Under the pieces are notes generated by a model. That model was not told the origin of the DNA. It saw only the letters and a program-made list of their open reading frames with translations, and did no database searches. A stretch of 64,000 nt of DNA from a virus: positions 18,802 to 82,801 of IMG/VR virus record IMGVR_UViG_3300046458_000091. The stretch is one strand, 5' to 3'. A program made the position numbers and the translations under genes. Shown one piece after another: positions 55,727 through 64,000 of the stretch. Numbering within the stretch: the first letter of the stretch is position 1; each line of letters starts with the position of its first letter.

Positions 55727-56418
55727 TACGCCAGATCCTCAGCAGTGACTGTGTAGGGGGTGGAATCCTTCACCATGAAGAACGTCGGCTGACAGTGCTC
55801 GCGCACCCATGCCTCCAGGAGCGTCTCAAACTCCTGTCCGGCTTCGTCTGGCACCTCGGGGTAGCCAGAGCACCACTCGCTATTGCCGTTAGCGCTGGCG
55901 TTGTCCTGCATCTGCTCGCGCAGGTCGTCAATGAGCATGTCCGCGCTGACGAAGTTGGCCGGGTCTTCGTAGTGCTTGGTGCCGCGATAGACGACATGGC
56001 CAGGCTCCACGGTCGGGCAGTTGTCGAGCAGCTCGGCCAGGGAGTCAAAACCGTAAGTTTCGTTGTTGAGCGACCACGTTTCCTCTACCGGCGCGGGCAT
56101 GCGCGGCCCTGAGTAAGTGATTGTCATAGCAGGCTGATCAGGCGTGCCATCGCCGAACGATATGCTGGCCAGTCGCGAGCCAAGCGGACACATAGAGGTA
56201 GCCGCGATGTGCAAGGCCTTTTCAATATGGTCAAAAAACTCCTTTTCGGCACTCGCAGACTCTCCTAGCGCGTGGCCATGAGCACGCTGGAATAAGCCTT
56301 CAAAGTCGGGTGGCGGGATATTGATTGTCTGGGCGTTGGCGACCCGCTGGCGCTGCAACTCAGCTTTTAGCGCGTCACGATGCTCTGTAAGGGCCTTAAT
56401 CTTCTTTCTGGCGCTCAT
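55726..56418 (-). CDS. Hypothetical phage protein
   Basis: Acidic C-terminal domain ...L.AW..EH..PTFF.V. Confidence 0.65.
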   Translation of the reverse strand: MSARKKIKALTEHRDALKAELQRQRVANAQTINIPPPDFEGLFQRAHGHALGESASAEKEFFDHIEKALHIAATSMCPLGSRLASISFGDGTPDQPAMTITYSGPRMPAPVEETWSLNNETYGFDSLAELLDNCPTVEPGHVVYRGTKHYEDPANFVSADMLIDDLREQMQDNASANGNSEWCSGYPEVPDEAGQEFETLLEAWVREHCQPTFFMVKDSTPYTVTAEDLA

Positions 56419-56794
56419 GCACTACTACCTCTTGCGTAATTGATATGGGGTGGCTTTCTTCTCGAAAGTGAATCTCTGTACTGCTCATCCCCGCGAACTG
56501 GGCGCCAGGCCCTGACAGGTCGCCCAGCGCCGCCATGTACTCGGCAACCCGGGACAGAGACATGCCGGTGAACGTGCCGCCCTCCAGGACGAAGCTGTAG
56601 GGGGGTGGTGGCGCGGCCTTGGCGACATTCGCCGCCGCCTGCAACGTCCGGCACTGCCCTTTGGTCCGCTTCAAGGCACGGCTCAGGCCATCGTTGCGGG
56701 CGGTCAACCGGCTGCTGAGCCCCTGTAGGCTCAGATTGTCAGCCCGCAGGCGCTCGATTTCGGCCTGGAGAATGCCCACGGCTGTTTCACTCAT
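56396..56794 (-). CDS. Hypothetical coiled-coil protein
   Basis: Start at MSETAV with ATGA coupling. Confidence 0.55.
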   Translation of the reverse strand: MSETAVGILQAEIERLRADNLSLQGLSSRLTARNDGLSRALKRTKGQCRTLQAAANVAKAAPPPPYSFVLEGGTFTGMSLSRVAEYMAALGDLSGPGAQFAGMSSTEIHFREESHPISITQEVVVHERQKED

Positions 56795-56955
56795 TGCCGG
56801 GCGCCCTTGGCCATGCGCGCCAGCCGGTCGATTTGGGTCTTTGCCTTGAGCAGCTGCACGGCGTGAGCCCGTACAGCGCGGATCTGACCCAGGCGGTACG
56901 CGCCAACCAGGCTGAAGACAAAGAACACAGCGGCGCCCACGCCCCACCAGATCAT
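56791..56955 (-). CDS. Small membrane protein (54 aa)
   Basis: Manually read MIWWGVGAAVFFVFSLVGAYRLG..., ATGA-coupled at both ends; below the ORF track cutoff. Confidence 0.6.
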   Translation of the reverse strand: MIWWGVGAAVFFVFSLVGAYRLGQIRAVRAHAVQLLKAKTQIDRLARMAKGARQ

Positions 56956-57302
56956 TGCTTAGTACCTGCGGGAAGGCGCGCAAGGCTCGCCTCAACCTCC
57001 TGGCGAAACTCTTCGGGGGTCAGCATGGTGGTGTCCACCAGCCGTTCGGCCAGATTCTCAGAAAGCTTGGCGTTGGCCGCCCGCAGCTCTTCAATGGTGG
57101 CCAACTGGTCGTCCAGGATGTTAGCCATCGCGTCGAGCCAACGCCGGTCAACCTTGGCGGGATCACGCTGTAGCACGCCCAGGGCATCAGCCATCAGCGT
57201 CGTGTCGCCGGAGCTGGCGCCTATGCCGCGCAAGGCATCCTGCTTGATTCTGGACAGCCAGCCGACTGTTATCGGCCCCTGATGAACGAGCGTGCTACTC
57301 AT
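56952..57302 (-). CDS. Hypothetical protein
   Basis: First gene after an AT-rich intergenic region. Confidence 0.6.
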   Translation of the reverse strand: MSSTLVHQGPITVGWLSRIKQDALRGIGASSGDTTLMADALGVLQRDPAKVDRRWLDAMANILDDQLATIEELRAANAKLSENLAERLVDTTMLTPEEFRQEVEASLARLPAGTKQ

Positions 57303-57374
57303 ATGTAATATTCCAGTTATGTGGGTCTATGTTCAGGATATCAGCGGGTAACGCATTATCAAAACAATGTATAT

Positions 57375-58940
57375 CTATGTGAGCCCAGCCATAACCGCCC
57401 GCGCCGCCTCCAAGGCCAACTTGCGCCGGTCGCTGGCGTTGTCGAACGACTCGCCCTGTGCAGGCACGTAATCGACGCCTTCCAGGAAGGCCATGGCCAG
57501 CGTGTCCAGGAGGTCGGGAGATGGCAGGCCCTCGGCGGCCATGTCCTGCTTGCGGGCGATGTGGTAGCGCCCCAGCTCATCCAACACGTAGGGGATACGG
57601 CTGGCTTGGTCGATCAGGTCCTTTTTGTACTTGCTGCTCAGGCGCACCACGCCATCCTTGACGGCCTCGACGAAGTGCACCGTTGATTGCGCGCGCTGGT
57701 TGAGGAAGCGCTTGCGGTACTCGTTGCTGAACGGCAGTTCGCCCCAGCGCACGCCCTTGACGTGGATACCGCCGCCAGACAGCTCCACCAGCCGCTTGAG
57801 GAACTGGTTACCCATACCGTTGGTATCGACAATGATGGTCACGTTGCTGAACGCTGCGGCGTAGTCCAGGACCTTGCGCGCCACGGGCGTCCAATCCTCG
57901 GTGTTCGTGTACACCGGCACGTCTACAACCTCGATACGGCGCCGGTCGGCGGTCATCCGGTCGCCGTTGCCTATCATCTTCAGGTGAGTCGCCACCGTCT
58001 TGTCTCGGCCTACGCCCGCCGCGACGTCCACGATGATGACGTGGCCAAAGGCTTCGCCCGGCAAGATGACGTGCGGGCCTTCAATGACGTGCTCCAGGGC
58101 GGCCTGGCTGAGCAGGTACTTGCTGGAGTTGGTCGGGAACATGCCCCGGACCTTAATTTGATACTCGACCTCATCCCGGCCGCCGTACTGCTGAAGCTTC
58201 TCTTTGATGAACGCCACACCGACAAGCGTGCTTTCCTCAGAACTGAACGTGAGGTTTGTCCAGGGGCCGCCCTGGCGCACGCTGTTGTTGTGGTGGGAGT
58301 CACGGAAAAACCCGCTGTTGCGCGTCGGCTGGGACGCCATGACGAAGCGGTTGCGGGGGTCTGTGAGTGCGCCCCCGATCACGCCAAAGTTTTCATCAGC
58401 GATGCCAGATGCTTCGTCCGCCAGCCACATCAAGTAATCGGCGTGCGTACCTGCCAGGTTCTCCGGCGAGCCACGCGGCGCTGTACGGGTGGTGACGTAC
58501 CAAATGGCGCTTTTTAGGTTCACGTAGACCTTTTCGGCCTGGATCGTGAAGTAGTCGGCAATCCAGGCATGCGGGCCTTTCTCAATCATCGCCTTGAGGG
58601 TGGTGATTTCTTTCCACACGCCCTCTCGCACCGTCTTGAGCTTCGGCGCGGTGATGTAGGTGTTGGAGTTGCGGTAGCAGAGCAGGTGCCATAGGGCGAT
58701 GACGCCAAAGCTGCGCGTCTTGCCGGTGCCGTGCCCAGACGCCACCGACACCCGACACCCGTACTTGGATGCGGCGTCGAACAGCTCTTGCTGCTGGTGG
58801 GTGACCGGCTTACCTGTGATACCCATCCCGCACACCTCTACGGCGAAGCGGTACAGGTCGAAGGCGTAGCGTTCAACGAATGCAGGCCAGCGCGGGTCAG
58901 CATCCAGCGCCAATTTTCTTTGTTTTTTCGCCTTGGCCAT
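57375..58940 (-). CDS. pacB: Terminase large subunit
   Basis: VSVASGHGTGKT Walker A, LADEASG Walker B, SQPTR, IIVDVAAG and PDLLD nuclease aspartates. Confidence 0.92.
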   Translation of the reverse strand: MAKAKKQRKLALDADPRWPAFVERYAFDLYRFAVEVCGMGITGKPVTHQQQELFDAASKYGCRVSVASGHGTGKTRSFGVIALWHLLCYRNSNTYITAPKLKTVREGVWKEITTLKAMIEKGPHAWIADYFTIQAEKVYVNLKSAIWYVTTRTAPRGSPENLAGTHADYLMWLADEASGIADENFGVIGGALTDPRNRFVMASQPTRNSGFFRDSHHNNSVRQGGPWTNLTFSSEESTLVGVAFIKEKLQQYGGRDEVEYQIKVRGMFPTNSSKYLLSQAALEHVIEGPHVILPGEAFGHVIIVDVAAGVGRDKTVATHLKMIGNGDRMTADRRRIEVVDVPVYTNTEDWTPVARKVLDYAAAFSNVTIIVDTNGMGNQFLKRLVELSGGGIHVKGVRWGELPFSNEYRKRFLNQRAQSTVHFVEAVKDGVVRLSSKYKKDLIDQASRIPYVLDELGRYHIARKQDMAAEGLPSPDLLDTLAMAFLEGVDYVPAQGESFDNASDRRKLALEAARAVMAGLT

Positions 58941-59006
58941 GCCATCCCTTAACGCAGAAGAGCCGTATTACCGGCCCCTCTAACTTACTGCGCGATTTGC
59001 TGGTGC

Positions 59007-59603
59007 TTACTGGGCGGTTTGCGCGGCGCGTTGCGCGCCAGCTCGCTCCATGTCCGCCAGCATCATCGCCACGGACTTGATGGCCGACTCTGGCGCCGGG
59101 CATGTCTTGATCTTCGACTTGAAGGGCCAGAAGCCCGCGTAGCGCATGGGGTACACGCCAGCAGCTTGCAGCGCGTAGCAGGCCGCCCCGCGCATCAGCT
59201 GGCCGCTTTCGTACTCTTGATCCTTCTCGACCGTATAGCCCTCTTCCTGGCGCTGGCGCTGTAGCTCCAGGAGCACGTCCATCACCACCGGGCTGACACT
59301 GGGTACGCCCAGGAACACCGGCCGGGCGGGCTCCCACCCCTGGGTGCGCATACGTGGCCAGTCCGGGGACTCTGGGCCGGTGGGGCGCGTCGAGACGATG
59401 CCTTGCACCTTGCCGCCCCGGATAGCCGCCCACCCTAGCGGCGTCGAGCTGTGCCCGGCCATCGGCACCGCGACACTGCTCCAGACCTTATAAGTTGCCT
59501 GGGTGGCCGGGTTGGCGTAGCCGTCGCCGTCGCGCTCCAGATCGGTGATACCGGCCTCACGACATGCATGTTCGAAATGAGCGTTGTTCAGGAATAAGGA
59601 CAT
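59007..59603 (-). CDS. Hypothetical phage protein
   Basis: DVL.E..RQ...EG....D......L...AACYA motif widespread in phage accessory genes. Confidence 0.65.
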   Translation of the reverse strand: MSLFLNNAHFEHACREAGITDLERDGDGYANPATQATYKVWSSVAVPMAGHSSTPLGWAAIRGGKVQGIVSTRPTGPESPDWPRMRTQGWEPARPVFLGVPSVSPVVMDVLLELQRQRQEEGYTVEKDQEYESGQLMRGAACYALQAAGVYPMRYAGFWPFKSKIKTCPAPESAIKSVAMMLADMERAGAQRAAQTAQ

Positions 59604-59776
59604 TCGTTACCTTCCCAGTCAGCTGTGATCAGCATCCAGAGTTCTGGCGCCAGCTCATGTCGGCCAGCCACCTCTATTTGCCCGTGCCTGTTGCGTATCC
59701 ACAGCGTCGGGCCTATCTCCAGCTCCACCCGTATCTCTTCGCCTGTGCGGCGATGGATTGCGCGTAGAACCCTCAA
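59588..59776 (-). CDS. Hypothetical small protein
   Basis: 62 aa, coupled TTG start. Confidence 0.45.
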   Translation of the reverse strand: MRVLRAIHRRTGEEIRVELEIGPTLWIRNRHGQIEVAGRHELAPELWMLITADWEGNECPYS

Positions 59777-60243
59777 GAGCGCTGCCCGGGCAGGTCTTCA
59801 ACGAATATCGGGATGAACCGTAGGCGCGCCGCGACGTGATCCAGATCGGCCTGGGTGTAGCCTCGGGCCAGGTGTCCGTTTACGCGCGGCACCAACAGCG
59901 TGCGGTGGATCTTCACGCCACCGGTCACGTAGTCCCGCAGGCCACGCAGCAAAACCGCCTCAGTGGGCCTGTGCGGGAAGAATGGCCACGTACCGCCCGC
60001 GCCGACGCCGGAACCTTGCAGGTCGATAGCCGGAACCTTGGGGTCGGCGTCCCGGTAGAACACACGGCCGTCCACAGTGATCTGTAGGCGCGCAACCGCT
60101 CCGTCCTCGCCGGACCACATCTTGCTGCCCACCTGGGCGATTTCACTCAACACCGCGTTGGCGTGAGCCAGGCGGCGCAGGCGACGGGTGCGGGCTGCGT
60201 CGTCGGGCTGCCGTGAGGGTGTTGCTATCTCTGGCTGATTCAT
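59773..60243 (-). CDS. Hypothetical protein
   Basis: 156-aa ORF in operon. Confidence 0.6.
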   Translation of the reverse strand: MNQPEIATPSRQPDDAARTRRLRRLAHANAVLSEIAQVGSKMWSGEDGAVARLQITVDGRVFYRDADPKVPAIDLQGSGVGAGGTWPFFPHRPTEAVLLRGLRDYVTGGVKIHRTLLVPRVNGHLARGYTQADLDHVAARLRFIPIFVEDLPGQRS

Positions 60244-60250
60244 CTGGGTC

Positions 60251-60424
60251 TCACAGCATTTTCAATTCAAGTTGCGCACGGGTGCATTCATTGGCCCCGT
60301 GCGGCAGGGCTCCGGTGCCCCGCTCACAGTTACGACGCTTGCAGTCCAGGCACCGGGTAAAGCGTCCACCCCTCGCGGCCGAACGCCAGACAATCCGGTC
60401 ACCGCCGCAGTACCGGCAGGACAT
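60251..60424 (-). CDS. Small zinc-finger protein (57 aa)
   Basis: Manually read MSCRYCGG...RCLDCKRRNC... Confidence 0.5.
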   Translation of the reverse strand: MSCRYCGGDRIVWRSAARGGRFTRCLDCKRRNCERGTGALPHGANECTRAQLELKML

Positions 60425-60444
60425 CACAGAATGTCTAATCCCTT

Positions 60445-61047
60445 TTAATCCCCGACCTTTGCGGCCCGCGCTTGCATCATCAAATCCGCGTACTGCCAGC
60501 GCAGTTGAACAAGGCGTTCGAGGTCGCCAGGCTCGTTAGGAAAGCCGCCATGCGAGAAGGGCGCATGTACGGCGAAGTCATCGCGCAAATCGCTCAGGTA
60601 CTGCTTGTCGGCCTGATATTGGCGCTCAAGGGCTTGTTGTTCCCGTGCCCGCTTCTTGTCAGTCGCCAGAGCCACGCTCTCCGACATGATTTGATCGGCA
60701 GAGCGCGGCGTACGGCGGTCGATCACCGGCCGGGCCGGGGAGGGGGCTGTGCTGCCCTTGAGCGTGGTCACGTCAGCACCAGCCACCAACAGCGTGCTGG
60801 GCGAAGTAGCCGTGATGTACGCATCTATCAGCGGACGCATGGCTACCGGCGTGACCGCAACACCGGCCTTGCCGCGCTCGACGGGGAGCCAGCGCTTGCC
60901 ATCGATACGCACATGGAAGTGCTGACCGGCACCACCATCACGCACCGCGACACCGTAGTTTTCCAGCCAGGTACGGAACCCCGGCATCTGTTCAGGCTGC
61001 AACAGCCCTGCATCGTTGGTTTTGATATCGCCAGCAACTGCGTTCAT
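60445..61047 (-). CDS. Hypothetical protein
   Basis: AGGAG RBS; C-terminal LRDDFA..A...W.YAD.M..AR motif. Confidence 0.65.
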   Translation of the reverse strand: MNAVAGDIKTNDAGLLQPEQMPGFRTWLENYGVAVRDGGAGQHFHVRIDGKRWLPVERGKAGVAVTPVAMRPLIDAYITATSPSTLLVAGADVTTLKGSTAPSPARPVIDRRTPRSADQIMSESVALATDKKRAREQQALERQYQADKQYLSDLRDDFAVHAPFSHGGFPNEPGDLERLVQLRWQYADLMMQARAAKVGD

Positions 61048-61050
61048 GGG

Positions 61051-61326
61051 TTACTCCTGTGCCGCATAGGGCTTTAGGTTTTGAGGCCGTCCGGGGTGCT
61101 TGGAGCTGCCCCGCTGGGGGGTGACGGCGGTTTGGCGCATAGAGAACTGTCCGGTCTTGAACTGGAACAGCTCCCACAGGCCGACTTTCATTGCTACGGT
61201 TCCGTCCTCATACGTCTGCCAGGCCCTGCGGCTGACATAGATAAGATCGGCGCACGCACGCTGACTCAGGCGAGCGTGGGCTCGGGAGTCTTTGACCTGC
61301 TGCATCGTTGGGCTTGGGACCTTCAA
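61051..61326 (-). CDS. Small XRE HTH regulator (Aca-like)
   Basis: PT..QVK..R..A.LSQ...A.LI.VS.R.WQ.YE.G...M..GLWELF..K. Confidence 0.75.
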   Translation of the reverse strand: MKVPSPTMQQVKDSRAHARLSQRACADLIYVSRRAWQTYEDGTVAMKVGLWELFQFKTGQFSMRQTAVTPQRGSSKHPGRPQNLKPYAAQE

Positions 61327-62408
61327 TTGACGATCCCGATCTGGGCCAGCTCTTGGGCGCGCTCAAGCATGGCGGCCTTGTTGGCCTCGGTGTTCTTCTC
61401 GGCGCGCGACATGATTTCGTCGAGCTGCTCGTCGGTGACCACGTTCACGGCCGCGACAGTAGGCTCTACGCTCATGTTGAACAGCTTGGCCAACAGCTCG
61501 CGGTAGCCCTTCTGGCTTGCCACTTTGATTTCTGTGCCGTCCTTGCCTTCCTTAACGCCCTCATAGATCGCCAAGGCCGCTGGGCTCAGGTCTGAAGTGT
61601 CTTTGAACAGGACGTGGCCATAGCCTTCGCCGTCGCACTCAGGGCAAGCGGGGTTCGGCTTGCGGGTAGCGTTGTAGCCAACACCGCCCATCTCGTCGAA
61701 CGGCCCTATTACCTTGTCTTGCTCGGCCGCTTCTGCCTTGGCGATTTCGTATTGCTCACGGCGAGCCAGCATTTCACTGGGGCGCAGCTGGTGCTTGTGA
61801 TCTTTGCCGTAGCAGCACCGGCAGCACCGACGCACGTACTCAACCAGCTCACGCGGATCAGCGAAGGACGCGGCATGGACCACGCCCAGGATCTGGTTTT
61901 GTACGTCGGCGGTGCGCGCGAACAGCTCGACCTGGCGAGCCTGCGTATAAGGGTGATGCTTAACCTTTCTTAGCAGCTTGCTGGCGCCCACAGCCGCAAC
62001 GTTGTCGTTCTTGCACTTGTAGCCCGCCTCACGGTACGCCTGCGCCGCGCTGTAGCTCACCAGCCACAGATCCACGAAACGCGCCTGCCGGGCGTCAAGG
62101 CCGTGCAGATTCGCGGTTTCCAAGGCCTCCAGCTCTTTTGGCGTGAGCGTGATCGGGTTCTTGATGGTGGCCGTGCCAGGCTTCCTGGATGGCGTAGGAG
62201 CGGGAATATCAGCTGCTGGAGACGTCTTTACCGGGGGCTTTCTGGTAGCCGCGGTGCGTGCCTTGGCGGGCTTTTTGGCCTGTTCGGGCTTGCTAACCTT
62301 AGCCGCACGGGGCTTTTTGGGTGTGCTAAGTGGGGCAGAGGCTGCGGGCGGCGCTTCATTGCCCCCCGTCGTGCCGGTCGTTCCTGCCTTTGTCCTGCGA
62401 GCAGCCAT
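61323..62408 (-). CDS. pacA: Terminase small subunit (P1 PacA-like)
   Basis: RQARFV......A.QAY..AGY...A.KLL; CCRCCYG...PNPACPECDGEG. Confidence 0.85.
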   Translation of the reverse strand: MAARRTKAGTTGTTGGNEAPPAASAPLSTPKKPRAAKVSKPEQAKKPAKARTAATRKPPVKTSPAADIPAPTPSRKPGTATIKNPITLTPKELEALETANLHGLDARQARFVDLWLVSYSAAQAYREAGYKCKNDNVAAVGASKLLRKVKHHPYTQARQVELFARTADVQNQILGVVHAASFADPRELVEYVRRCCRCCYGKDHKHQLRPSEMLARREQYEIAKAEAAEQDKVIGPFDEMGGVGYNATRKPNPACPECDGEGYGHVLFKDTSDLSPAALAIYEGVKEGKDGTEIKVASQKGYRELLAKLFNMSVEPTVAAVNVVTDEQLDEIMSRAEKNTEANKAAMLERAQELAQIGIVN

Positions 62409-62850
62409 CGCTCCCCCTTAGTGCGTAATTCGTTCGCTACTGTCTGTCGTAGCGGGGCCAACTTCTTGCGCTTTGTCAGTAAAAAAAAGAGCACGCAGCG
62501 CGTGCTCTCTCTGGGCGTAAGTCCTGGTACTGACTCCCACCACTATCGGCCAACGGAACGCTGCCGACCGGCGTCGCAAGGGTGGTATCCCTTTTCCTAA
62601 CGGTTATCCATGCCGTGGTGTTTTCCATGCTTGTCTAAAGCACATCTGCCAACTGCAAACCGCACAGAAGGCCACCAACAACGAGCGACCGCTAACATGC
62701 CCTTAAAGGAGGCCAGGCTCTTACCGTGAAACGAGTATGCGGCGGGCCGGTGCCGCGCTTAGGCGCTGGGTCAACCCGCGTCACTGGTGCCACTTGGGGT
62801 CCGAGGCTCCCCGCCCCGCTTACCATTACAGTCCGCCGCATACAACAGAG

Positions 62851-62895
62851 CTTTAGAGTTAAAGAGTTTTAGAGTTAAAACTCTTTAGAGTTAAA
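62851..62895. repeat. Octamer array (mixed orientation)
   Basis: ctttagagttaaagagttttagagttaaaactctttagagttaaa. Confidence 0.75.
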
Positions 62896-63049
62896 GCGCT
62901 CTTGCTATGAGTCGGTGAAAAGCCCCGCAGGCCCCAAGCATGAAAGCCTGCGGGGGTGTTACTACCGGCGTTCCTTACTGGTTCACGCCAGAGAGCACCA
63001 CTGACCGGCTATACGCGCTCTCCCCTCCAGCCCTTCTGTCTACTCGCCA

Positions 63050-63799
63050 TCAAAACAACAACTGCTGCACCTGCTGCACAATCATCTCCGGTGCGGGCTG
63101 GTAGGCCTCGCACTCAAGCAAGGATTCCTCCCGCTTGCGGCGCTGGATCTGCTTACCCATGCTCACATGGAGTTCGCTAATCAAACGGACCAACTTTGCA
63201 CCACCCCGGATGCCGTCGAAGTCTTCAGCGTGAGCCTTGACGACGCCCAGGGCGGCGGCCAGTTCGGTCGCAATCACCGCAACCTCAGCCAACAGCACAC
63301 GGTCAAGGCTCAAGGCCTCGATCATGATGGAGTTGCGGTTTGCGATGGTTTCGACGAACTGGGTGAAATTCTGAGAGAGCGAGGCGGTGACGATGCCCCG
63401 CAAAACAGCCTGATTACCCTCTTCCGGCTCGGCCAGAATGTCGTCGTGCATGTCGAGCAGGTAATCGGTGGTGACGCCGTACAGCTGCGCCAGGGCGCGT
63501 ACGTGGGCGGTCGGCGGCATGCGGTGGCCGTTCTCATAAAGACTGACGTTTGTCACCCCTTTGAGAGCCAGCGCGATACCGGCAGCGCTCAACGTCAAAC
63601 CGGCGTTCTGGCGAGCCCGGCGCAGCTTGCGCCCGCAGATCACAGCAAGTCGGTCCTCTTCGGCCTTGGTGCGCTCGTTCAGGCCTTCGCCTTCCCCGAG
63701 GTACTCCGACCCAAACAAAGATTGCGCGTGTTGGGAAGTCTCGCCAGGCGTCTGGCCTGATTGCTCGTTAGCAGTTGCGATTGACTTATCCCCAGACAT
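63050..63799 (-). CDS. XRE-family HTH transcriptional regulator
   Basis: GRKLRRARQNAGLT...VSLYENG.R.P.....LAQLYGVTTDYLL. Confidence 0.85.
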   Translation of the reverse strand: MSGDKSIATANEQSGQTPGETSQHAQSLFGSEYLGEGEGLNERTKAEEDRLAVICGRKLRRARQNAGLTLSAAGIALALKGVTNVSLYENGHRMPPTAHVRALAQLYGVTTDYLLDMHDDILAEPEEGNQAVLRGIVTASLSQNFTQFVETIANRNSIMIEALSLDRVLLAEVAVIATELAAALGVVKAHAEDFDGIRGGAKLVRLISELHVSMGKQIQRRKREESLLECEAYQPAPEMIVQQVQQLLF

Positions 63800-64000
63800 C
63801 TACAGCGCCCTCTTTTTGCACACACCAGCGGCCGCGATTAAAAATCATCCCTATACATTAAGCAAGCGGAAAAGCGCAGAAAATTAGCTATTGGCGCTGC
63901 TTTTTTGACAACTTACGGTAGTTCTTGGTCCCGCTCTGCGAACAGATTTATCACACGGGCCTTTAATTTATCGGCCATACAGGGATTCAGCGCGTTTTCG

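Noticed and set aside
61323-62408. P1-style Dam-dependent pac site (TGATCA/G cluster) in pacA
   Set aside because: No cluster of such hexamers seen
62420-62480. Late promoter upstream of pacA
   Set aside because: No GCAAA-N30-NANNNT match at the right spacing
1-64000. tRNA, rRNA, IS elements, reverse transcriptase/DGR, CRISPR-Cas
   Set aside because: No supporting sequence motifs recognised by eye

Overview
The whole window is phage-plasmid DNA, with no host chromosomal genes: a P1/D6-like temperate myovirus with a GC-rich, Pseudomonas-phage-like gene set (host inferred, not proven). It carries a Rep_3 replicon with iterons, a ParA plus ribbon-helix-helix partition pair, a tyrosine integrase flanked on both sides by phage genes, ssb and rdgC, a lysis cassette, head and contractile-tail genes, pacA/pacB-type terminase genes, and P1 Dar-type virion cargo proteins (DarA-, Hdf-, DdrB/LPD1-like and a methyltransferase polyprotein). 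The most notable region is 23.7-29.9 kb, which looks like an Aca1-controlled anti-defence island. Two near-identical sigma70 promoters there carry a 17-bp palindromic operator and drive small unknown ORFs, an orphan antitoxin, and a fusion protein containing a degenerate copy of the phage's own terminase nuclease domain (candidate decoy). Other patterns read from the sequence: an 11-copy late-promoter signature (GCAAA-N30-NANNNT), a recurring M-[LM]-D motif in head proteins, octamer arrays at six loci, and a start-less ORF that suggests a +1 frameshift. All family assignments come from motif recognition, not database searches.
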